Assembly (NCBI GenBank): GCA_964016885.1 | Contig: OZ024740.1 | Location: 393,700,001 to 393,764,000, forward strand | Length of the DNA stretch: 64,000 nucleotides | Source of the DNA: Eledone cirrhosa | Taxonomy: Eukaryota | Reading direction: 5' to 3' | Part shown: positions 39,819-51,582 of the stretch, in pieces | Layout: each line of letters begins with the position of its first letter | How positions within the stretch are numbered: position 1 is the stretch's first letter | The notes under the pieces: model-generated | The model's database searches: none | Told to the model about the DNA's origin: nothing | The model's input: only the letters and a program-made list of their open reading frames with translations | Made by a program: the position numbers and the translations under genes

Positions 39819-40090
39819 AACTACCCCACCTGTCTACTGAGATCATTGATGTTATATTCCTATAGAAATCTAGTAAATAATCAGGAGCTGATTATGCAGA
39901 GCGGTTGTTGGTCAGGCAGAAATTAAAAATTAGAATTGGAGCTCTGAAATAGCAATATATATATGGATGTATATATAATGTATTTTGCAATACACTTTAT
40001 GCTTAATTAAAAGCATTTTGAAGACCGTAAGCTATTGTTTTAAAGTAGTGACAAATTCACTCACTTTGATCTCAGCAAACAGGGGAGATA

Positions 40091-40134
40091 AGCCGACAAG
40101 ACTTGTTTCGCTTTGGTTGAAGCTTATCAAGGCC
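40091..40134 (-). ncRNA. Type I hammerhead ribozyme (unit 3)
   Basis: Identical to 39459-39502, offset 632. Confidence 0.75.
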
Positions 40135-40881
40135 AACTACCCCACCTGTCTACTGAGATCATTGATGTTATATTCTTATAGAAATCTAGTAAATAATCAG
40201 GAGCTGATTATGCAGAGCGACCAATAACCGCTCTGCATAATCAGCTCCTGATACATAAAGTGTATTGCAAAATACATTGTATATACATCCATATATATAT
40301 TGCTATTTCAGAGCTCCAATTCTAATTTTTAATTTCGCACACACATCCCTGCTGACCATTATCACAACAACGAACCTCTCTACTACTACTACACACACAC
40401 ACACACACACACATTTGTTTTGAAAGACTTATTTTTCAGTGACTTCTCAATCAGCCCACACAAACCTACATTTGGCGCAAAATCAATTTTTAACATTCAC
40501 ATGACCTCTGCCGACCAATCAAAATTGTTTTGACCACAAGAATTTTTGCAACACGAATTGGCGCGAAACTTATTTTAATACATCTGGAGCCACTTTTTTC
40601 ACATAAAACAGGTAGAATTTCCAAAACTAATCAGATTAGAGCAAACATCACGGGCTCTCTATCTCAAAATTTTTTTAGAAAAGCATTAGAAATGCGCAAC
40701 CGGTAAAAACTTAAAACCAAAACTGAATACTAACCAATACTATTACTAATTTTCACTTATTCCTAATAAAACTATTTTTCACTGTGAACAATTTGTCAGC
40801 ATTTTCTTTTCCATTTACCAATATATCATAACTCGTGTGTTACACCTCTATTCTTTTAAATATATATATATATATATATAT

Positions 40882-41203
40882 ATAAAGTTGTAGTTACTGT
40901 CTATTTGTTTGTTTGTTTGTTCACGAACTCCTCCGATGGTTTTGGAGATAGACCCCCATAACCATATATATTCTGAAACTACATTGCCCAGGGTACTTGA
41001 ATAAGTATATATAAGTTTAATTAAAGGGCTCCCTGGGTGCACAAACCTCCGCTGAAAATGTTATCCCTTTGATTTATATGAATTTTTAACCATAGACAAA
41101 TGACAAGATATGATGCCTATTCACAAAAGTTTTGAATTGATATTTTCCAAAAAATTATTACAAAACAATGCCTGAAACGTAGCAAGGCGCGGGTAATCGG
41201 CTA

Positions 41204-41204
<1 letters not shown>
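40882..41204. mobile_element. Non-autonomous Helitron-like element
   Basis: Ends GCAAGGCGCGGGTAATCGGCTAG|T, with (TTTG)n near the other end. Both ends are embedded in (TA)n. Confidence 0.55.
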
Positions 41205-41239
<35 letters not shown>

Positions 41240-41540
41240 ACAGGGAGAAAGAGACGATTATTAGGAAGAAAAAAAATTTTTTTTCCTATTTTTGTTTCTC
41301 TATCTCTTTTTCTGGGTTAGAAAATGATTAAAACGAAATGTTTTACTTTGTGTGAAGTGTTAAGGTATTAGTTGATTTATTTATTATTTAACAATGGCAT
41401 TTATTTATCTATATATTTAATAATTGTCTATTACCGGTTTCAGCATTTTTATGCATTATCAAATGATAGTGAAATGTATTAGTGTGGTGTCACACATGTT
41501 AAAGAGAAGGTGCAGAAAGAATAATGTTATTTACAAACAA

Positions 41541-41608
<68 letters not shown>

Positions 41609-41611
41609 TAT

Positions 41612-41845
41612 CTAAGGCGGGTAAAATTCCCGAGATCCATGGACGAGTTCTCTCCAGCGGTCTCTGTCCCTCATTATCGCTGCCATATCCTGCATCTCCA
41701 ACAGACCAGTGTCTGTCCTTAGGGCATCAACATATGTTAACCTTGGTCTTCCTCTTCTAGTGTGTCCATGTAGGGGCTCCCAAAGGAGCACTGAGTGCAA
41801 TGTCAACTCTGGATGTCGGTGAGCATGTCCAGCCAACCTCAGTCT

Positions 41846-41846
<1 letters not shown>
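41612..41846 (-). mobile_element. RTE-type LINE 3' fragment (different family)
   Basis: LRLAGHAHRHPEL...LLWEP.HG.TRRGRPRLTYVD.L..DTGL...MRDRDRWR. Confidence 0.7.
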
Positions 41847-41901
<55 letters not shown>

Positions 41902-42422
41902 GAGAGAAATGGCTTCTACAGGACTAGAACTGTTTCATTCGGGAGAAATCATCATGAATGATGTGGTGTAGGTGAGGCTTGTGCATGCTATATGTATGAA
42001 TCATCTTCAGCCTGTGCTCATGGGAAGGCGGGTCATGTGTATTACTGCATAACACCAGAGATCTCGGTCCTGTGTCATCGTCTTTGAGAGGTACAATTGA
42101 GCAAGGTCAGCTTTTATCACATCATCACAAGTCTTCCTACTCCATGGCTGAGTTCAAATCCTGTTGAGGTCAACTTTGGCTTTTATACATTTGATGTTGA
42201 TAAAAAAAAGCACTAGTCTAGTACAAGGGTCGATTCTTTCTCTATATCCCTTGCTCAATTCCATCTCTCACTCTCTATTTTCTCTGGAAGAAATCTGCTG
42301 TATTCAGACATGGGGAAGGAAGGGCTCCACCAGGTTACAAGATACCATAGAAGCATTGTATGTCAATACAGCTCCCTTATGACTCCCTTGTGATTTATGG
42401 GACCATGCATGCATATATATAC

Positions 42423-42498
<76 letters not shown>

Positions 42499-42504
<6 letters not shown>

Positions 42505-43427
42505 GATTAAAATGGTAGAAACTACCATTAAATCCCTGATCAGCAAGACATGCCCCTTTAAGAAAACCCACTGTACAAATAAGAAATGTGTTATATGTAA
42601 AATGAACCCCCAGATAAACTGTAAAACTAGAAATGTAGTCTATAGCATAAGATGTACAGAGGGTACTTGTAGAAACGTGACAACGACATACATAGGTGAG
42701 ACAGCTTAAAGCATAGGAGAAAGAATAGACCAGCACTGGGGGGAACTAAAAGGACAAAAAAAAAACGGTTGAGTACTATACGAACATGCCAGACAAAGAC
42801 ATGATGGTAATAAAGACAACATAGAAATTAAAATCATATCTAAGCATAGAAATGACTCAACAGGTAGGCAAATCAGAGAAGCAACTGAGATAGATATAAG
42901 AAGACCGAAGTTGAACAGAAAGACCGAATGGAATAACAACAATCATACCCAAACAAACAATACTGACTTAAGGGAAATATGAATAAATAAATATATACAC
43001 AAGTACAATAACAACAAACACATATAAACACAAGTGAACAAAGATAAAATACAAAACACATACACTCAAACGCGAACACACACACCAAACATTATACACA
43101 CACACAAACGCATGCGCAGAGACAGAGACAAGAAGAAATAAATAAATAAAAATAAAAATGATGTAGACATTACAGTACAATACAACATAACAGGAGGAAA
43201 CAATAGTACCACTGATTATGATGCAGATGTGCGACGAAAGAAATTTGATAGACTATATATATATATTTATATCTGTATTTTTAATGATAAACATTGATTG
43301 ACCAGCGGTTAATAAATTAACTATGGAGATATAAAAGATACAGAAGCGAAAACCAACCAAACAGTGAGTTTGTTCTGTTATTATTTCTGGCAATATTATA
43401 ACAATATGACCCTCCCCAAGTATAACA

Positions 43428-43428
<1 letters not shown>
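42499..43428 (+). mobile_element. 5'-truncated Penelope-like copy (GIY-YIG, 3' UTR, pLTR)
   Basis: HCTNKKCVICK...CKTRNVVYSIRC...YIGETA, homologous to 45001-46010. Both flanks are (TA)n. Confidence 0.85.
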
Positions 43429-43497
<69 letters not shown>

Positions 43498-43565
43498 TTA
43501 TGTATATATATATATATGTATATATATATATTGTTATACTTTGGGATATATATATATATATATAT

Positions 43566-44310
43566 ATTGTTATACTTTGGGAGGGTCATGTTGCCAATAA
43601 GATACACACGCACCAGTTGCTTTCACTTCAATTTATTATAAATTAAATTTATAAATTTCCGGTTGGTTGGTTGGTTCCACAACCATATGATTGTTCATAT
43701 ATTGTCAAGGTTCTTTCGTCACACATTCTGTGACCTCTTCAGTGACTGGGGATTATTTTCTTTGTTTTTGTGCCTCTCCTTTGTTCTGTCCTACGCCATC
43801 TTGTTTTTGTGTGTGTTGTGTGCTTAGTTTGCGCATGTGTTACATCCGGGTGTCTGTGTGTGTTTATATGTGTTTATTTATATGTTACTGGTTAGTTGTT
43901 TGTTCTATGTGTGTGTGTGTTTTCATTTTGTCCTTAATTGTAAGTTGTGATGCTGTTCCATTCATGTTTTCTATTTAATTTTGGTTGGAGTTCATTTATG
44001 TTTATTGCCTCTGTGATTTGTCTAAACATTGCGTCTTTTCTGTGTGTAGATTCTATTTTTCTTTCTATGTTCTCTAATTTACCCTTATCAGATGATTCTT
44101 TACTATCTTGAAGCTCTCGTCAGTGTTCATTTAGCCGTTCCCCTATACTACGAGCTGCTTACCTATGTACACTATATTCTTGTTCTTCAGTACATCTTAT
44201 GCTATATACTACATTTCTAGTTTTACAGTTAATATGGGGGCTTAGTTTACAGATTATACATTTCTCATCTACACAGGGTGGTCTTTGAAAAGGGTATGTA
44301 TTGCTAATAA
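43566..44310 (-). mobile_element. Truncated copy of a second Penelope-like family
   Basis: The minus strand reads YPFQRPPCVDEKCIICKLSPHINCKTRNVVYSIRC...SIGERLNEH. The pLTR carries GUCA-CUGAAGA-G-GUCACA(GAAUG)UGUGAC-GAAAGAACCU-UGAC at about 43702-43746. Confidence 0.75.
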
Positions 44311-44355
44311 GTGTTTTCCACATGCACATTCATACACACACACACTCTCTCTCTC

Positions 44356-44451
<96 letters not shown>

Positions 44452-44537
44452 TTAAAAATGACAAAACAAACACAGATGTCAAAACACAAAGTCACGCTTA
44501 GGAGAAATATATCTGTGTATATATATGTATATATATA

Positions 44538-44732
44538 TACAAATGGAAGTACAGCATATTCGAAGCTCGAGCCGCAGCTAAGCCGACGAATGCATTCAGC
44601 AGTGCAGCCAAGCCCTCGACAAAGTATAAAACCTCAGAGTAATAACATACAGTTTAAAGGGCTTTGCAAATTGAAGATAGCGACCGGTAATTCAGCCGCG
44701 GAGTCCTTAGCAACGAAAGAACTGACTCGCGA
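44538..44732. repeat. 195-bp repeat, direct copy of 50627-50821
   Basis: Near-identical by eye. Confidence 0.85.
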
Positions 44733-44750
44733 GAAAAAATACATATATAT

Positions 44751-44896
44751 ATATTTATTAAAATAACAGATTAAAGTTTAAGCAAAGAATCGCTGCTTTC
44801 ACCCTTAACGGGATCTTCTGAAGTTTCAGAAGATCCCGTTAAGGGTGAAAGCAGCGATTCTTTGCTTAAACTTTAATCTGTTATTTTAATAAATAT
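44751..44896. repeat. Perfect palindrome with 72-bp arms and a 2-bp spacer
   Basis: ATATTTATTAAAATAACAG...CTTCTGAA-GT-TTCAGAAG...CTGTTATTTTAATAAATAT. Confidence 0.9.
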
Positions 44897-45000
44897 TTGC
44901 TCTACGGTTCTTATATATTTGATATATATTTTCCTTATCGAGCCCTTTTTGGATTTTAGTCTTCAATTTTATTATTATTACTATATATATATATATATAT

Positions 45001-48000
45001 AGTTTTGCCAGATTTTTTATATGAAATCGTGTGTCGAAACAAATATTGTTATACTTGGGGAGGGTCATATTTGTGTAATAATATTGCTCAAATTAATAAC
45101 AGAACACACTCACTGTTTGGTTGGTTTTCGCTTCTGTGTCTTTTATATTGGTTAACTTAATTTATTCGGTCCTCAATGTTACCATTGACTGACCAACGGT
45201 CAAAAATACAGATACAATATAAACACAAACACATATATATAGTCTAACAAAGTTCTTTCGTTGCACATCTGCAACATTGTCAGTGGTGCTATTATGTTTC
45301 CTCCTGTTGTATTGTATGCCTACGCCATCTTTATTTAGTCTGTTTATTTATTTATTTATTTTTTTTTTGTCTTCTCTGCGCATGCGTTTGCGTGTGTGTA
45401 TAGTGTTTGATGTGTGTTCGTGTTTGGGTGACTGTTTATTGGTTATTGTATTCTACCTTAGTTTACTAGTGTGTGTTTATATGTGTTTGTTGTTATTGTG
45501 ATTGTGTGTGTATTTATTTATTTATTTATACTTCTCTTAGGTCAGTATTGTTTGTTTGGGTGTTGTTATTCCATTCATTTTTTCTGTTTAGCCTTGGCCT
45601 TCTAAGTTCTATTTCGCTGGCCTCTCTGATTTGCCTATCTGTTGGGTCATTTCTATGTTTAGATATTATTCTAATTTCTATGTTGTCTATGTTACCGTCG
45701 TGTTGTTGTCTGGCATGTTCGTATAGTACTCAACCGTTTTTCGTCCTTTTAGTTCTCCCCAGTGTTGGTCTATCCTTTCACCTATGCTACGAGCTGTCTC
45801 GCCTATGTATGTTGTTGTCATGTTTCTGCAAGTACTCTCTGTACGTCTTATGCTATAGACTACGTTTCTAGTTTTACAGTTTATCCAGGGGTTTACTTTA
45901 CATATAATACATTTCCTATTAGTACAGTGGGTTTTCTTAAAAGGGTAGGTTTTGCTGATCAGGGATTTTATGGTGGTTCCTGGCTTTTCTACCTCCTTAA
46001 TCTTTAAGTGGGTCTTTCTCAGGGCCTCTCTACACTGGTTAGCTAATTTCCCTCCAGGGGTAGCGTCCACAAACATGACACTCTGGTATCTCTGGTTGTC
46101 GTACCATGAGGTGGCTTTCCCTATCTTATGTCTAGTCCTATCTAAGCTATTCCATGATTTGCTCCTGTATAATGGGCAAATTCCTTTCATGTCCAGTTCT
46201 ATGAGGATCTTATACTTCTCCGTGGCTCTTTCGTATACTCTGATTCTGTCTCTTTGGTTGTAGCCAGAGAACTGCATGCGGTTGATGAAGTGTTGGATGT
46301 GTCTTTCCATTTCTGTTGGGTCGCACATGCGGGACACCTTCTTCATCACTCGTACCAAGTCTGCGATCAGAATATTAAACTTAGCACTACTGGACATTGC
46401 TGAGTTTTTGAGTATCAGGTATTTGGAGGCCATGAGTTTAGCGTAGTGTGAGTGGAGAATTTGGGCTCTCTCGTCTATAGTGTTAATCCAGAGTTCCGTG
46501 TCTAATACAGGTAGGCTATTGTTAGGGTGTTTGGAAGGGTAGTCGATAGTTACAGTTATACTCTGGTGTATGGAATTAGCTATCTGCTGGATACTTTCCA
46601 TTGTGCTACGTTCTAAATCAAACTTGTTAGTACTCTCTAGTGGGGATGTTCTTATAACTATATTGATGTCATCTACGTAACGAGAGTACACGATGGGGTT
46701 TATGGAGCTCTCATTAAGGAGATCTTTAAGTCTCCTTTCCCACCATACCATAAAAAGGTTGGCAACGTCACCAGCTATGCTGACGCCAGTGGCTGCTCCC
46801 TCATTTTGGGTGTAGATATTCTCGTTGAATTTGAATATGTGGCCCTTTAGGGTAGTTTCGATACTAACCCCTATTGCATGTGCGACCATTTTTCTTACCT
46901 GATCATTGTTTTGGGGGGTCCGTATAGCTTTGGTCCACCCAATCCACCTTCCCATGGGAGTCCTTTTTGCCATTGAGGTTATGGTGGGGGGTCTACCTCT
47001 TATGGGTCTACTGGGGCAGAAACGTCTAAGGTCATGGCTGTCTAGGTAGTCAGTGTCATAGGTAAGTCTAAGTAGGAGGCCCAGTTCGTCTGTGTTGACG
47101 TCGCAGAAGTCTACCTCACTCTCAATGATCATCTCCACACATTTTTCCACAGCAAAATCAATGTTAATGGATGGGTACAGTGATACCACATCCATACTGC
47201 CTATTATGCAGTTGGATAGGTTTTTGTTTTTGTTGCACTCACTGATTCTGTTGAGGAGGTCCTCTGTACTGTCACATACATCTGGGGACATCTTGATTAT
47301 GGGGCGTCATTGAGAGGAAGTAGGAGATCCTGTAGTTGCTAGCTATATTTGCTCCGCATACAGGTCTTGTTGGTGGTCCTGTTGTCGGGTCGTCGACTGT
47401 CTTATGGTCTTTGCGGATCCCATACAAGGGTGGTATGCTATTGTTAGACGCCTGAAAGTTGTTGGCAGTGCGTCTGTTTGGCTTTAGGATGACGGTCCAC
47501 ATCATCATGTGAGCGTTGAGGATTTTCTCTCTCCCATCATGTATTTGCTGTGCAATTTCGCTCGTGTTGGTGATGTGGGGTTGCATAGCTTTGATGTAGT
47601 TCGGCATGCTGTCTATTGACATCCTACCAGACTTATCCGTGGGTTGACATACTACCTCACAATCCCTTGTGCGCTGCTTGAGGCTAACCAAGCCTTCTAC
47701 AGGTTTCCTCCCAAGTTGTTGGACCTCTGGTCTGCTTTGTCTCTTAGTATACCTCTCTACTATTTGTCTAATCTTATTTCTAGCTATGGTGAACTGTGCC
47801 ACTGTCTCGTCATCTATTTGTTGTGGTATACAAACCCTTTATGTTGCTACATGTATTATTTCTGTTATTACCACTGTGGTTGTTGTTGTTGTTACTCGTA
47901 TTATTACCGTTATTACTACTGTGGTCGCTGCTGCTGTGTCTGTAGTTAATGTTTCTATTATTATTATTGTGGTCGTTGTTGTTGTTCTGTCTATCGTTAG

Positions 48001-49209
48001 TATTATTACCATTATGACTATTTCTCACTCTCCTGCTATTGTTATTGTTATGACTATTACTATTATAGCTGTTATTTCTATACTCAGAGTTATTGTTTAT
48101 ATTACTACTATCGTTATTATTGTTGTTGTTGTCCGTATAGTTGTTGTTTACTTTTGCATTCCTACGTATTTTTGTGAAACACTTTTCCAGCTCCGCTTTG
48201 CACTCAATAGGGTTAATCTTTTTGTAGATGGCAAATTTTGGTGGTAGCTGCAGGATTTGTTGTTCTTGTTCACTGATTAAAGTGTTCCCATAAATATTTA
48301 CTGTGTGGTCATTGGTAAATTCTACATCAGTCATACGGATATTGTTGATGTTATCTGGGTATTTTTGTGAATATTCTATTTTTCTTTCTTCTAGTTTTTT
48401 CTTATTCATCCATTCTAATTTCTTATTGAAATGCCTATTGCATTCGTTTCGGGCGTATTTCGTTTCACGTCGAATGACGCTCATGAGTTCATCCCACTCG
48501 TTTGGTGTGGTGGAATTTCGAACTTCCTTACCGTTAATGCGTTTCTGTCTGTAAAGTTCGTTAACTTTTGTGTATGGTGTTCTTTTCATATTAACTGTTA
48601 TTGTGTGTTTTAGTCGTTCAGCTTGTGTTTTGTTTAATAATAAATTATTTACTTGTTTTGATATGTTTGTTGTGTATATTTTGAAGGAAACAGTGTTTTA
48701 AGAAGCGGACTTGTTCTGTTGTTATTGTAGTTTTTATATAACAGAAAACAGTGTATTTCAATAACCTTTCAGCTTGGCACAAGCTAATGCCATAGCGGCG
48801 ATGAATTAGTTTTGCGAGGTTTTTGATATGAAATCGTGTGTCGAAACAAATATTGTTATACTTGGGGAGGGTCATATTTGTGTAATAATATTGCCAGAAT
48901 TAATAACAGAACACACTCACTGTTTGGTTGGTTTTCGCTTCTGTGTCTTTTATATCGGTTAATTTAATTTATTCGGTCCTCAATGTTACCATTGACTGAC
49001 CAACGGTCAAAAGTAGACTATATATATGTGTTTGTGTCTATATTATATCTGTATATTTGACCGTTGGTCAGTCAGTAGTAACATTGAGGACCGAATAAAT
49101 TAAATTAACCGATATAGAAGGCTCAGAAGCGAAAACCAACCAAACAGTGAGTGTGTTCTGTTATCAATTCTGGCAATATTATTACACAAATATGACCCTC
49201 TCCAAGTAT

Positions 49210-49215
<6 letters not shown>
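45001..49215 (-). mobile_element. Near full-length Penelope-like retroelement (RT + C-terminal GIY-YIG endonuclease), frameshifted, with direct and inverted pLTRs
   Basis: ORF pieces 48645-48875, 47810-48589, 47272-47802 and 45687-47291. RT motifs are PTDKSG, GSMDVVSLYPSI, QNEGAATG and YSRYVDD, followed by a Cys linker (CTNRKCIIC) and NVVYSI...YIGETARS...H. The pLTR is repeated at 45001-45290 and 48809-49020, and inverted at about 49015-49215. Confidence 0.93.
45687..47291 (-). pseudogene. PLE reverse transcriptase/GIY-YIG ORF segment (534 aa)
   Basis: Longest open segment of the element. It is frameshifted at both ends relative to the neighbouring ORF pieces. Confidence 0.88.
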
Positions 49216-49250
<35 letters not shown>

Positions 49251-49253
<3 letters not shown>

Positions 49254-50222
49254 TATAGAGTAAAGCATGTCCAGAGAATTATTTGATAATATATATATAC
49301 ATCATCTCTATTCCCAATCAGCATAATTAACCACACAAAAAATCAATTAGACTAGGCTATAAGAATAAAAGGCACCTATGAAGAAACAGTAAATAAATAC
49401 GCCACAGCAGCGTCTTCGCGTCCAACCGCTATAGAATATTTACCCAACATTTCAACAGCACGTGGAAATTAATTAAATATACGGTCAACCATACATAATT
49501 AGGTGAAATTAAAGTTAGAAATGCTTATATACATACCAGGATTAAATCACTAAATCCCGACCCATGGGTTTCGCTTACTTTTGAGATACCTTATTAAGGA
49601 TAAATCTCGAGTTTTAGAGCTCTTCAGGGGACAAACTCGCTAGGACAGATTATTTTCCGAACTGGCCCCCGCCAAACACGAATTCAAAATGGTTGAGAAC
49701 TGTGACGTGGCAGTGGTCAAGTCAGGAAGGGTGTGATTGGTTGCTTACGGCGAGTGGGTTGGTTGCTAGAAAGCGCAGCCCAATATCGCCCAAATTGTAT
49801 CTCAACATTATGGGAGATTATTAAATATAAATATTTACACATACACTAATTAAACAAAGTCACAGGTATATATGTGTTTTGGCAACTATTCAAGATGTGG
49901 CTCAATGAAGAATTAATAAATTAAACAACCAGAGCAAAATACTATAGAGTAAAGCATGTCCAGAGAATTATTTGATAATATATATACATCATCTCTACTC
50001 CCAATCAGCATAATTAACCACACAAAAAATCAATTAGACTAGGCTATAAGAATAAAAGGCACCTATGAAGAAACAGTAAATAAATACGCTACAGCAGCGT
50101 TTTCGCGTCCAACCGCTATAGAATATTTACCCAACATTTCAATAGCACGTGGAAATTAATTAAATATACGGTCAACCATACGTAATTAGGTAAAATTAAA
50201 GTTAGAAATGCTTATATACATA
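49251..50222 (-). mobile_element. Non-coding hammerhead-bearing element, about 1.4 tandem units of ~688 bp
   Basis: 49251-49535 is repeated at 49940-50222, and the hammerhead lies in the unique middle part. Confidence 0.7.
49555..49631 (-). ncRNA. Type I hammerhead ribozyme with long stem II and palindromic stem III
   Basis: UCCC-CUGAAGA-GCU...AGC-GAA-ACCCAUGGGU-C|GGGA: canonical core, GUC triplet and perfect 4-bp stem I. Confidence 0.75.
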
Positions 50223-50435
50223 TTGTAAAATATCGAAGTGATGGTCCAGTTTTGTTATATATATATATAGATGGACCATCACTTCGATATTTTACAATAT
50301 CTCAGTTAGGTTTCTGTAAAATCCGAAATCAACAAAATCCGCTTGCAGTGTAATTTAAGCTTCTGAAAGATCGAACAGTGGATTTATTTTCTCAACAGGC
50401 TTTCGTTCTGACACCAGTCCGGTTGTGTGGGCACA

Positions 50436-50824
50436 TGTTACTCCGAAGGGAGCTAACCCCGGTTTATGGCGGTCAAATTCAAATTATGAGCAATGGAATA
50501 AGTTCTGTACACAAACTGAATTAAGCACTCAACCAGACCGTTATTAAACAAACATAAATAATTAACCAATCAATATAATTGTCTAATTAAATTAATCAAT
50601 TAATCATTAGGTCTAGGAGATATTAATACAAATGGAAGTACAGCATATTCGAAGCTCGAGCCGCAGCTAAGCCGACGAATGCATTCAGCAGTGCAGCCAA
50701 GCACTCGACAAGGTATAAAACCTCAAAGTAATAACATACAGTTTAAAGGACTTTGCAAATTGAAGATAGCGACCGGTAATTCAGCCGCGGGGTCTGTAGC
50801 AACGAAAGAACTGACTCGCGAACA
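50436..50824 (-). mobile_element. Possible LTR-like repeat
   Basis: The minus strand runs TGTT...AACA, and a PBS-like TGGTGTCAGAAC lies about 20 nt downstream (50405-50416). No gag/pol seen. Confidence 0.3.
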
Positions 50825-50921
50825 GGGTGTCCCACAAAATGTATACACACTTTGAATACTTGTACAGGCAATATTTATTAGAATGCTGTTGAGGTATATA
50901 TACATTTTTGGGGACACCCTG
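50823..50921. mobile_element. Tc1/mariner-type MITE
   Basis: TIRs CAGGGTGTCCCACAAAATGTATA / TATACATTTTTGGGGACACCCTG followed by TA. Confidence 0.7.
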
Positions 50922-51406
50922 TATGTATATATATTGTATACCCACCCACATATACATACAAATGCACATGCACATACACACATACATTGGATGATTAACA
51001 ACTCACATGTCCTGTATTATGTGTTCGTTCGTTTGTTTTATTATTATTAATATCAGTTATCTTCCTTTCCTCTTATATTAATGTCAATTTTACACGTTAC
51101 TTATCTTTGCTGTTTCTTTGCAATGGGAAAAGTGATTGCTAGGCACCAATAAGTCAAGTAGTTCATATGAGCAAGAAAATAGGTCATGTCTTGCTGTTTC
51201 TTCAGAATACACGTGTGTGTATATAGACACAGGCATAGCTGAGTGGTTAAGTTGTTCGGCCCTCAGTTTAAGATTCTTGGAGATAGAAAGAAACTGTGGA
51301 AACCTGTCAAATGAATTAAGTTCCAGACTTATCAAATAGTGTCGCGGGCTGATTCTATCAGAGAATAATGTTACGGGTAGACATGTCTGTGGCATACTCA
51401 GTCATT

Positions 51407-51582
51407 TAATCTTTTAGCATTTACATTACTCTATATTTACTATTATATTTTCACGGTAAAGGCTTTATCTCACATAATTATCTCACATAACATCGACTCT
51501 ATGAGATTTTGATATTATTTATTTTGAGAACAATACCTTAATATCATTAAGAGTGGCCGGTTACAGCCGGTTTGAACAGAAC
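51407..51582. mobile_element. Partial copy of the piggyBac-type MITE
   Basis: Left end TTAATCTTTTAGCATTTACATTA and internal sequence align by eye to 982-1202. The right TIR is missing. Confidence 0.65.

Larger units (their letters stand above)
39293..40336 (-). mobile_element. Retrozyme-like tandem array: 2.9 x 316-bp units plus an inverted terminal segment
   Basis: Units start at 39293, 39609 and 39925 and are virtually identical. 40220-40336 consists of inverted pieces of the unit. The left flank is (TA)n, and there is one hammerhead per unit on the minus strand. Confidence 0.8.

Noticed and set aside
39353-40227. Three identical 85-aa ORFs as a tandem gene family
   Set aside because: They have a non-ATG start and no recognisable domain. 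Their identity simply reflects the 316-bp repeat, whose clear signal is an RNA structure on the opposite strand.
45687-45960. Selenocysteine-type PLE (in-frame TGA at Cys positions)
   Set aside because: The Cys positions in the linker and GIY-YIG region are not TGA codons in the copies I could read.
47669-48247. 192-aa hydrophobic membrane-protein-like ORF
   Set aside because: It is the antisense reading of the PLE Asn-rich (AAT/AAC) tract.
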